A stretch of DNA of 64,000 nucleotides from Cyanophora paradoxa CCMP329 (taxonomy: Eukaryota > Plantae > Glaucophyta), in the NCBI GenBank assembly GCA_004431415.1, contig QPMI01000201.1, positions 50,998 through 114,997 of the forward strand. The letters are read 5' to 3'. Position numbers and translations under genes: made by a program. Every line of letters starts with the position of its first letter. The stretch's first letter is position 1. Under the pieces are notes generated by a model. That model saw only the letters and a list, made by a program, of their open reading frames with translations, was not told the DNA's origin and did not search any database. Positions 51,572-63,500 of this stretch are shown in pieces.

Positions 51572-54500
51572 ATGGGGTGCGGCGCTAGCAGCTGCAGCTG
51601 CAGTGGTGCCTTGAGCTCCCCAGCTACAACGCTAGCGACGTCGACCGCGAGCGGTCCGCTTCCGCGATCGGACACCATGATCAGCAGTGCGGCTGAAGGC
51701 GAAGCGCGCGCCGATCAAGGCACCGGTACCAGCTCGAGGCATGCGCAGATGCAGCGCGTGGGCGGACTCCACGGCATGTGCGGGCCGGAAGAGCTCCGCG
51801 GGATCGTGCGAGTGGAGGAAGCGCGAACCGTGGCGCAGCTTGCGGGCCTGCTGCGATCGGAGCTCGAGCGCACGCAGATGGCTGACCGCCTACGTACGTA
51901 TGCGGAAGACTCTGAGACTTCGACGTCGACGATCGTGACAACATCAAAACGGAGAGCCTCACATTGCCGGAGATGCTGCCCGCGGTCGAGGACCTGGCGC
52001 GCAGGAAGGAACCGTCAGTGGAAGTGCTCAGGAGGCTCTGCCGGAACGGTGAGCGCGTGCCACGGTGATTGCGATCGGACCCCTAGTTGTAGGCCTAGGC
52101 CTAGGCCTGCAGTTCGGCCCATGGCCATGGACAGCCTAGGCCTCGGCCTGCGCGCGCGCACGGGCCGGGGCGCGCGACGCGTACGGCTAATCACACTCGC
52201 TGGCCAGTGCTGGAAACGACCTTCGCAAATAACCGGATTCTGAGCGACGAGGGCGAGCTCGCGGAGGTCGGCGCGCTGGTCCACACGGGGGACCGGGACA
52301 TCTGCCGCGCGGTACGCGTGCCCGTCGTCGACGTCGCGCCGTCGATCGCCCGCCGATCGCGACGCGCGCAGCTCGTGGCCGCGATCGCCGCGCGGGCGAA
52401 GGAGGCGATCCTCAAGGACCGCGCGGCCCTCTCCGTGCTGGCGGCCCTCGTCGGGCACTTGCCGCCGGAGACCCTCGAGCCCGAAGACTGGGACATGCTG
52501 CTGACCGTCTGCGCCGACCAGGCGAGCGCGCCACGCAGTGGAGGGCCGGGGCCGCGCTGACGTGGACGGCGCCGGCCGGGGCAGGTGAAGGGCTTGGAGG
52601 GGCAGCCGATGGGCCCAAACAACAGCGGCGCCCAAGCCTCCCTCGAACTCACGGCCGCCGTCCTCTCTGCCGCCGAGTCGGTGTCGGGGCCCTCTGCCGC
52701 CCAAGCCCCCGATCGTGATCGTGAGGACGAGGGGACGTCGACGGCCCCAAGGCCTGCAGACGCCGCAGCTCCGGATCTCGCCGCACCAGGTTGGCCGCGG
52801 ACGCCCCGCGCGCACGCGACGCGTACGCCGCTCGACGCCTGATCCGTCAACATCGTCGCGCAGTTGTAGCGGCAGGGCAGCGGGTGCAGATAAACCCGAA
52901 GAAGGTTAACGTTGCCTCGCTGAGGCAGCAGCTCAAAAAGCTGGAGGAGAGGGCAAAGGGAGAGAAGTGGTGGCGGGCAGAGGCAGCGGCGCAGCTCGCG
53001 GAGCAGGCGCTCGCGGGCGTCGGAGAGCGAGACGGGCGCTTCGGCGACGTTGTCCGCAGAGGCAGGGCAGCCGGTGCGCCCCCAATCTAACTCGAAATTC
53101 TCCATCGCGTTCTTCTCCGGTGACGTCCGAGGCCCGGCCGCGCAGGGCGGATTCTGCTGAAGCTGTACTCTGTCGGGAAGATCATCGCCGGGGGCGTCTC
53201 CTCGATGGGCGCAACGACCGTCATCGACCTCCTCCTGTGGCTCAGGGTTCGCCCAGCTTGGCTCTCGTCCGCGAGGCCGCTGGCGACGACCGCGCACGCG
53301 CAGGATCTGGCGGGTGACGACGGCGAGAAGGGAGGGGCGCTGGGCGCCATGCGGGAGCTGTGGGACGACGTCTGCACCGTCGCCGGCAGAGGGACGCAGC
53401 TGCAGGGGCGGGAGGCCTGGTACGCCGCTCTGGCCTCGCGGGCGATCGCGAGGACGGGGGCGGGAGGCTTGCGCCCTCACGTGCACGCTGGCGCGCAGGT
53501 ACGGACAGGCGCGGCTTCTGGGCTTGGTGGCGGCGAGCGGCGGGATGGCGGAGCTGAAGGGGCTGCTGGAGGGCGGGGAGGACGCCGGCGAGGGGGCCCT
53601 CGCCGCCTGCGCAGCCTGCCGCCCCCTCGCCCTCGCCCTCGCGTCCGCCCTCTTCCGCGTGCGTCCCCGTTTTCGTAACGTCCCTCTTCAAAGTAGCGCG
53701 CGGCTGCTGATGGGGCCGGGGCAGGTTGTGGAGGGTCCCGATGGAGCGCAGGCGAAGGTGGCAGCGGAATGGCTCGGGAAGCTCGCGGAGCAGGCGGTGT
53801 CAGCGGGCGGGGCGGGTGGGGCGGACGCGGCGGAGGTTGCGGCCGGGGCGCTCGCGCACGTGGCGTGCATCGACGGCATCGAGGGCGTGGCGCAGGTCGG
53901 CGCAATTGCGCTGAAGCGGCTGGCGGAGCGCGGGGCGGCGATGCAGCCGCTGGCGGGTAGCGTCGGCTGCCTCGCGGCCTTCGCGCGGCGGTCAGAGGCG
54001 GCCGGGGAGCGCGCCGCTGGGGCGCTGAGCTGCGCCTCCGAGCTCATGGAGGAGGTGGGCCTCGACGACGCCGCCCGCGCGACGAAGCAGGCGGCGGGCG
54101 TGGCGACGCAGCTTTCGGAGACCATGCAGCGCGTGCTGGACAACAAACACGTGACTGTCGTCCTGGAAGCCCTCAAGGCACTCGACCGGGCCCCGCGATC
54201 CAACGCTCGCGATCGGCCCATGGCCAAAGCATCGACGCTGCCCAAGTTTCGCCGGGCGCTGCACGCGATTCCCCAGGCGAAGCTCGAGCTCGGGATTAAC
54301 AAGTACCTGAAGAAGGTGCTGGCTGAGCACAAGGAGGCGGTGCGGATCCCGGAGGCGTACCCGGGGACCCTGTGCCGCTGCGCGCCTGACCGGCTGTCGG
54401 GGCGGCGGGGCAGGTAGAGGAGAGCCTGAAGCCAGTGAAGAGCGTGCACGTCCACGGGACGATGAAGGACCTGGAGAAGGTCGACTGGCTCCTCCAGGAC

Positions 54501-57500
54501 CTCTCCAAAGACCTCTGGTGCGGCCCCCGCCCCCGTGGCCGCCCCCGCGCCGCCGCCAGCTTCACGAGCCGGCGCAGTGGGCTGGCGCCGCACGCGCTGC
54601 TTCGCGGCTGCAAGAGCAGCTGCACGGGGAAGGCCTTCGTGCTCGTTGCGGGTGCAGCGTCGGTCCGAGAGGCCGCATGCCTGAAGGCCCTCGACGAGGG
54701 TACGCCGAGCTTGTGGCGGCCGCGCCCGCCGCCTGGTGCTCATGATCATGATTGCTGATGGCGCCCGCAGCAATCGAGGCCGGACGGGACGTGTTCCAGC
54801 TGTACCCGGACGGGGCGCGAGACGCGCTGCTGCGTGTTCCGGACGGCATCGACATGCGCCTCAGCCGCTTCGAGCAGGTTCGCTCTGGATTGATTGGCTT
54901 TAATTTTGAGAGTATATATACTGCCGGGACCGTGCTTATGCAAGCCACCTGCATGCGCAGCTGGAGACGGATTCGGGCCGCTCTCGGGACCCTGTGGAGG
55001 CCTTCATCGGTGTAGTGCAGCGCGCCTGTCGCATCCCGCGCCCTCCGGCGGTCGGCGAGCACAAGGTCACGCCGCGATACCGGTGGCAGCAGCAGCAGCG
55101 AGCTGGCGAATCGATATCGCAGGCGCAGCCTCCTGCCGGCACCCCCGCATGGGCTCTCGCCAAGTCCGCACCTGCGGCCAGCCAGAGCGCCACGCGAGTC
55201 TTCTTCTGCCACGCGCCCGATCGTGAGGACGTGGCGGCCGTCCAGCAGCAGATGGCAACTCTGGCCGAGCTGGAGGCCGGTGTCGACTGCTGGTGCGCGC
55301 GCGCGCCCACCTCCGCTCCGCGCGCATCGCCCGCCCACGCAGGCGCGCGCACCGCAGGTCGGGCATCGAGCACTGGCAGGGAGGCGAGCGCTGGGTCGAT
55401 GTCGGTGCGCGCGGACGGCTGACTTAAAGCTTGACGTTGCCGCGCGCGCGCCGCTCACCGCGCCGCAGTGGCCTGCGCCATCCACAACTGCTCGCACTTC
55501 GTCCTCGCCCTCTCCCCTCTGCTCATCCGCTCTCAGGTCCGCCCACCCTTCCTGAGCGATCCCCGCACTCGCCCGACTCCGCGGCAGCACTGCGAGGAGG
55601 AGTTCGCGTACGCGTGCAGCCGCGACTGCGCGATTCTGGTGCTGCAGCTGAGGCGGGAGGGGAAGGAGGAGGACTGGATCGCAAAGCACCTGCAGCGCGT
55701 GGCGCCCGAGCGCGTGCAGCGAGTCGCGGCCTCGTCAGACCGGGCCGCCCTCGCCCGCGCCCTCAACGCCGGGCCTCGGGCCGCCGAAGGGCGCGCGGTC
55801 GTGTTCGAGCGGCGGGCGGAGCTGTGCGCCCCTCCCTCGGAGGTGCACACGCGGCTTCGAGCTCGCGATCGCGGACGCCAGCGAGCCGACGCGGCGCGCA
55901 GGCAAACGCACTGCGATGGACGGATTCGGACGTCGTTGCCTGGGCCCGCTCGCAAGAGAGCCTCGCGCCGTGCGTCATGATCACGTGGGGCCGGCGCGGC
56001 CCTCGACTGTCCTTGAGCTTGACACTTTCGCGCGCGCGTACAGTTTCGCGGAGCGTCTCTCGCTTCTGAATGGGAGGAGACTGCTTTCCCTCACCGATTC
56101 CGCTTTGCAACAGCTCGGCTTTGATCGCGTTGCCGCGCGCTGGCATCTCCTATCGAAGATCGCCGCTCTATCCAAGTCATCGCTGGCGGGCTGCGACAGG
56201 AAGGTGCTGCGATAGATAATGAACACTGATGGAGTTGGTGTTGATTCCTCAGAGCAGAAGGAGGTGCTGTGCTGGAATGAGGAGGATGTCGTGGAGTGGG
56301 TCGGCTCAATCGGACCCCTCGCGCAGTGCGCACATGCATATGCACACCAGCCAGCGTCACGCGAGGTCGGTGCCGAGCTCAAGGCGCCCCGCAGGTTTGC
56401 GGGGCTCTTCTCGCTGGTGTCGGGGCCGATGCTGCTCTCCATGTCCGACACGGATCTCGAGCGTCTGGGTGTGACAAGCTTCGCGGCCCGCCAGCGGCTG
56501 CTCGAGAAGATTGCCGGCCTCGACCCGGGGCCGGTTCCTCTCTCGACTCCGGCAGAGCCCGCGGGCTCGGAGGCGAAGTCTGCGAGCGATCGCGAGGGCC
56601 CGGAGCCAGCCGCGCGCGTCGTCGATCTCGACGCCCACGGAGCGCTGATTCACAAGGTGTGCATATATGCATGCGCCCGGCACGTCACACTTTGCAATTG
56701 GCATGTCGCCCAGCGTGCTCACAATTTGCATTCGAATTCGATTTGCACTTTCTGCAGTACGCGGAGGCGCAGAAAGCAGAGCTCTCGCGCGACCAGGACC
56801 TCGCCCTCTACGTCCCGCCCCTCTCCACGGCGGACCCGAAACTGCCGCCCGACGTGCCCTCCGTTGACCCGGCCATGCGAATCGAATTCGAACCACGCCT
56901 GACTCTGGCGGCCTCAGAGACACGAGCCCCTCCACGTGAAGGCCGAGGAGTTCCTCTCGGCGCTGCGGCCCCGCCGGCTGCAGCCCGCGGCTGGCGACGT
57001 CGTCGTCAACGTCAACGTCGAGGCAAAGCCCGCGGCCGGCCAGCGGGCCGACGCGAACGCGAGGCCCAAGCGCGTGCTGCTGCTCCTCGGCGGGGCGGGC
57101 ACCTCGAAGAGCACCTTCCTCCGCTCCTTGCAGCGCGACGCCTGCGGCCGATGGGCGAACCCGGGCGACGGCGCCGGCGCCGAGCGCCTGCCGGTGACCG
57201 TGCTCGTCTCGCTGCCGCAGCTCGCCGGCATGAAGGGCGGCGTGGAGGGCGGGCTGCGGCAGCACGTCGCCGACAAGCTCGGCGTCCCGGTGGAAGACCT
57301 GCCGGCCCTCCGGGACAAGTGCTCTTCTCCTCCAGCTTCATCGATATCGTGCACGTGGTTTCTTTCCGTGAAATTAACGGGGCGCCAGGTTCGGGCTCGC
57401 TCTCCTGCTCGACGGGTACGACGAGATGGGCACGACGAGCGGCGTCAACCTCTGGCAGGCGAACGACGTGTCGGTGTGGGCGGACGGCGCCATTCTGACG

Positions 57501-60500
57501 TGCCGGACGGAATTCCTCGCCTCGCTGGTCAAGGGGAAGCCGCCCGAGGTGATCTGCCGCGGCCTCGCGCGCAATTGCTCTGCAATAACGAGAGCAGGAC
57601 TGCTTCGCGCCCAGCGGGGAGGACAAAAGCCCCGGCGCAAAGGGCTTGGCTCAGCTGCACACTGTGCCTTTCGACACGAAGCAGGTGCACAGCGCACTCG
57701 CTCGCCCGGCAGCGAAGTCGAAGCGCGAGCGTTCGTCCTGCGCATGCGCCCAGCGGGAGGAGTACCTGCGGCGGTACTCGGAGCGGCACGCGGGCGAGGA
57801 GGGGGCGTGGACCTTCGAGCGGTACGCGGAGGCCCTCGCGCGGACGCCGGGCCTCGCGGACCTCGCCGAGAACCCCTTCTCCCTCTCCATGCTCGCCCGC
57901 GTCCTCCCGTCAGAGTCCGACTCGCTCCCTGCGTCTAGAGGATAGGCTGATTAAGCTCACGCACGCGTACGCCGTGCGCAGGGCGGAGGCGGGAGGACGG
58001 ATCCGGCTGCGCGATCTCTACCGGCTCTTCCTGCGGGACTGGCTGCTGCGGGAGCTGCACCGCGGGAACGTCAACAGGCAGCGAGACGAGCAAGGTACGA
58101 CTTTTTATCGCTAGCGCTGGCCAACTGGAGCGACGGTCTAATCATGACGTCGCACAAGGCTGGAAGTCGGCGGAAGATGCTTTTGTCGAAGAAGGGACGG
58201 CCTTCTGCAAGCAACTCGCCTCCGTCCTCTTTCGCGTGAGCCTCGCTCCTCGATCACACGTACACACACAGATGTGCTTGTGCACGCACGCAGATGTCGG
58301 CTAGCCATGCGTCCATCCCGGATGTCGACCCGGGCAAGCAAAAGCTGTCGAATCCGAGCTTGGCATCCGAGCAGCGCGCCCTCTCCGAACTGCTGGGCGA
58401 CCGCAGGAAGCTCTTCGTGCGAAACAGCTGCCCGCTGCGGCGGTGGCGGCAGGGCGGCTCGCTCGGCTTCGCGTTCGTGCACAAGACGCTGCAGGAGTTC
58501 CTCTCCGCGGAGGCGCTCCTCGAATCGGTGGGTGCACTCGCTAGAAGAGGGTGGGGGGGGGGAGGGCTGGAGAACGTTAATTAATATTATAACGGCAGTT
58601 CTCCGGTTGAGACTGAATCTTGTACCAATCGTGGGAAATGTCTGCGCGCAGTTGCCGGGCGGGGGTGATCCGAGCAATGTCATCGACATCACATTGAGGA
58701 CGCGGTGTGCCATTTAATATTAATTGCGTGATACAACGTCTCACAGGAACATTGACGTCGACGTCATGATCGATATCTTCGATTCGCAGGAGCATTGTGG
58801 AAGAGTCGACGCTTGTCCGATTCCTGGCGGAGGCCGTTCAGCGCGAGCCGCAGGCCGTCGTTGCAAACGCTCTCGTGCAGATCGTAAAGTCGAGCCGGCC
58901 GCCGGACGCTTCTGGGAAGGCCGTCGAGGATGAAGGGCCGGAGGTCATTGCAGCAGCAAACGCGGCGACCATCCTCGTCGCTGGTTCGTGCCATCGTGTA
59001 CTTCATGCTGTTTGAGCGCATGCCCAGCTAGAGGTTCTTGCGATGGACCGCGCAGGCCACTACTCGCTTGCAGGCCACGACTTGCAGGGTGTGCGTATTC
59101 CCAGGGCGAATCTGTGGCGGCTGGAGGCGGCAGGGGCAAATCTTCAAGGGGCAGACCTGCGGCACTGCGCGATAGGCGAGGCGTGCCTGATGGGCGCGGA
59201 TCTGCGGAAAGCTCGCATGGACGGCTGCCGAGCGATGCAGTGGCCGGCGTTGCTGCACAATAGTCAAGTCAACGCTGTTGCGTGGACACCGGTGCGAGCG
59301 AGAAGGCCGCTGGCGACACGCTACGAAGAATTCCGAGGCTAGCGTGCGGGTGAGGGTGCGCATGCTGACGGGGGGCGCGGGGGCGCGGCGCGCAGGACGG
59401 GAAGCGGATTGTCTCGGGGAGCAAAGACAAATCGGTGCGGGTGTGGGATGCGGAAACAGGGGAGAAATTGCTGCAGCTGCAAGGCCACACGGACGAGGTC
59501 ACCTCGGTGGCGGTGTTGGCGGTGCGCAATTGCAAGGGAGGGGCGGGGCCTGGGCGGTCTGGAGGACGTGCAGCGGGCGTCACGAAAGCAACAGGGCTGG
59601 CGCAGGGCCGCAATAGGGCACAGAGAGCTTTCGGCGACGCCCAACGGGGCCTGATGCGAGCCCATTGCGAGGCCGTTGAGGGCGCTGACGGGGGCGCGGG
59701 GGCGCGGCGCGCAGGATGGGAAGCGGATCGTCTCAGGGAGCATCGACAAATCGGTGCGGGTGTGGGATGCGGAAACAGGGGCGGAGCTGCTGCAGCTGCA
59801 AGGCCACACGAGCACGGTCACCTCCGTGGCGGTGTCGGCGGTGCGCGAGGGAGGGGCGGGTTCGAGGCGGCCCAGAGGACGTGCAGCGGGCTTAATTTGC
59901 GAAGGAAATGGGGCCGGCGCGGGGCCGCGATAGAGCGCGGAGCGCTTCTGGCGACGCCCAACAGGACCGTTGGAGCCGGGGTGAGCGCGTTGTGGGGCCG
60001 TGAGGGGGCTGACGGGGGGCGCGGGGGCGCGGCGCGCAGGACGGGAAGCGGATCGTCTCGGGAAGCCACGACAACTCGGTGCGGGTGTGGGACGCGGAAA
60101 CAGGGGAGACAGTGCTGCAGCTACAAGGGGAAGGCCCCACGGATCGTGTCAGCTCAGTGGCGTTGTCGCCGGTGCGCAAGGGAGGGGTGGGTGCGGGGTG
60201 GCCCGGAGGATGCGCAGCGCGGCACAGCGGGGCCGGCGTGGCCCAGCGGGCCGGGGCCGCGATAGCGCGCGAAGCGCTTCCGACGATACTCGACGGGGTC
60301 CGGGGCGAGCCCATGGCGAGGCCGTGAGGGGGCTGACGGGGGGCGCGGGGGCGCGGCGTGCAGGACGGGAAGCGGATCGTCTCGGGGAGCCACGACAATT
60401 CGGTGTGGGTGTTGAACGCGGAGACAGGGGAGGAATCGAAGCTGGTGCAGCTACAACGGAAAAGCGGCAGGGATCTTTTCAGCTCAGTGGCGATGTCGGC

Positions 60501-63500
60501 GGTGCGCAAGGGAGGGGCGGGTTTGGGGCGGCCCGGAGGACGTGCAGCGCGGCCCAGCGGGGCCGGCGCGGCCCAGCGGGGCCGCGATAGCGCGCGGAGC
60601 GCTTTCGGCGACGCCCAACGGGGCCCGTGGTGAGCGCATTGCAAGGCTGTGAGGGCGCTGACGGGGGCGCGGGGGCGCGGCACGCAGGATGGGAAGTGGA
60701 TCGTCTCGGGGAGCCACGACAATTCGGTGCGGGTGTGGAACACGGAGACAGGGGCGAAGCTGGTGGAGCTGCAAGGCCACAAGAGATGGATCACATCGGT
60801 GGCAGTGTCGGCGGTGCGCGAGGGAGGGGCGCGGGTGGGGCATCCCGGAGGACGTGCAGCGCGGCTTGCATAGGGGATGGGCCCAGCGCTGGGCTGCGAT
60901 AGCGCACGGAGCGCTTCATGATCACGCAATGCCCGTCGGGTCCCGGGGCGAGCGAAAATCGTGGACTTGGGGGCGCTGACGTGGGAGCTGGGGCGCTGAC
61001 AAGGGCGTGGGGGCGCTGACGGGGGCGCGGAGACGCGGCGCGCAGGACGGGAAGCGGATTGTCTCTGGGAGCGGGAACAAAGCGGTGCGGGTGTGGGACG
61101 CAGTGACAGGGGAGACGGTGCTGCTGCTGCGAGGCCACACGGACGCGGTCACCTCGGTGGCGTTGTCGGCGGTGCGCATGCGCAAGGGAGAGGCGGGGGC
61201 GGGGCAGCCCGGAGGACGTGCAGTGCGGCTCTCGATCGCATAGAGGATGGGCCCAGCGCGGGCCGGGGCCGCGATAGCTCGTGGAGCGCTTCACGCAATG
61301 CCCGACGGGGCCCAGGGCGAGCGGTTTGCAAGGCCGTGAGGGCGCTGACGGGGGGCGCGGGGGCCTGTCGCGCAGGACGGGAAGCAGATCGTCTCGGGGA
61401 GCAGGGACAGATCGGTGCGGGTGTGGGATGCGGAAACAGGGGCGGAGCTGCTGCAGCTGCAAGGCCACACGGAATATGTCAACTCGGTGGCGGTGTCGGC
61501 GGTGCGCGAGGGAGGAGAGAGGGGCGGGGTTCTGGGCGGCCCGAAGAACGTGCAGCGGGCATCGCAAAGGGGATGGGGCCGGCGCGGGGCCGCGATAGCA
61601 CACGGAGCGCTTACGGCGACGCCCAATGGGGCCCGGGGCGAGCGCGTTGTGAGGCCGTGAGGGTGCTGACGGGGGCACGGGGGCGCGGCGCGCAGGACGG
61701 GAAGCGGATCGTCTCGGGGAGCCACGACAATTCCGTGCGGGTGTGGAACGCAGAGGCAGGGGAGACGCTGCTGCAGCTGCAAGGCCACACGGACGGTGTC
61801 AACTCGGTGGCGGTGTCGACGGTGCGCGAGGGAGGAGAGAGGGGCGGGGCGGCCCGGAGGATGTTCAGCGGGCGTCGTGAAGGCGACGGGGCCGGCGCGG
61901 GGCCGCGATAGCGCACGGAGCGCTTCCGGCGACGCCCATTTAATATGGGGCCCGTGGTGAGCGCATTGTGAGGCCGTTGAGGGCGCTGACGGGGGCACGG
62001 GGGCCTGTCTCGCAGGATAGGAGGTGGATTGTCTCGGGGGGAAGGGACAAATCGGTGCGGGTGTGGGACGTGGAGACAGGGGCGGAGCTGCTGCAGCTGC
62101 AAGGCCACACGGACTGGGTCACCTCCGTGGCGGTGTCGGCGGTGCGCAAGGGAGGAGCGAGGGGCAGGTTCAAGGCGGTCTAGAGGACGTGCAGCTGGCA
62201 TTGCGAAGCCAAAGGGGCTGGCGGGGTGACGCTAAAGCGCGCGGAGATCTAGAGCGTCCGACGACGCCCAATAGGGCCCGGGGCGAGCGCATTGCAAGGC
62301 TGTGAGGGTGAGGGTGCTGACGGGAGGCGCGGCGCGCAGGACAGGAAGCGGATCGTCTCGGGGAGCCTCGACAACTTGGTGCGGGTTTGGGACGCGGAAA
62401 CAGGGGAGACGCTGCTGCAGCTGCAGGGCCACACAAAGATGGTCTTCTCGGTGGCGGTGTCGGCGGTGCGCGAGGGACGGGTGGGTGCGGGGGCTGGGCG
62501 GGCCAGAGGACGTGCAGCGGGCATTTCGAAGAGGGACGGGCTAACGCACGCGGGCACGCTGAGAGCTTTCGACAATGCCCAACAGGGCCAGGGGCGAGCA
62601 CACTGCAAGGCCGAGAGGGTGAGGGTGCTGACGGGGGGCGCGAGGGCGGGGCGCGCAGGACGGAAAGCGGGTTGTCTCGGGGAGCAAGGATACCTCGGTG
62701 CGGGTGTGGGACGCGGAAACAGGGGAGACGCTGCTGAACCTGGAAGGCCACACGGAATGGGTCACATCGGTGGCGGTGTCGACGGTGCGCGAGGGAGGAG
62801 AGAGGGGCGGGGTTCTGGGAGGCCCGAAGAACGTGCAGCGGGCATCGCAAAGGGGATGGGGCCGGCGCGGGGCCGCAATAGGGCACAGAGTGCTTTCGGC
62901 GACGCCCAATGGGGCCCGGGGCGAGCGCATTGCGTGGCCATGAGGGTGCTGACGGGGGCGCGGGGGCGTGGTGCGCAGGACGGGAAGCGGATCGTCTCGG
63001 GGAGCCATGACAAATCGGTGCGGGTGTGGGACGCGGAAACAGGGGAGACGCTGCTGCTGCTGGAAGGCCACACGGACTGGGTCATCTCCGTGGCGGTGTA
63101 CATGTTGGCGGTGCGCGAGGGAAGGGCGGGGCCTGTGCGGTCTGGAGGACGTGCAGAGGGCGTTGCGAAGCCGACGGGGCAGGCGGGGGGCCGCGATAGC
63201 GCACGGAGCGCTTCCGGCGACGCCCAACGGGGCCCGTGGTGAGCGCATTGCAAGGCCGTGAGGGCGCTGACGGGGGCACGGGGCCTGGCGCGCAGGACGG
63301 GAAGCGGATCGTCTCAGGGAGCATCGACAAATCGGTGCGGGTGTGGGACGCGGAAACAGGGGCGGAGCTGCTGCAGCTGCAAGGCCACACGTACGGTGTC
63401 AACTCGGTGGCGGTGTCGGCGGTGCGCGAGGGAGGAGAGAGGGGCGGGGTTCTGGGAGGCCCGAAAAACGTGCAGTGGGCATCGTAAAGGGGACGGGGCC

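Noticed and set aside
53420-53518. Apparent GA-AG intron in the NLR gene
   Set aside because: A canonical TG|GTACGC...CAG|G junction restores the frame (REAWYGQARLL).
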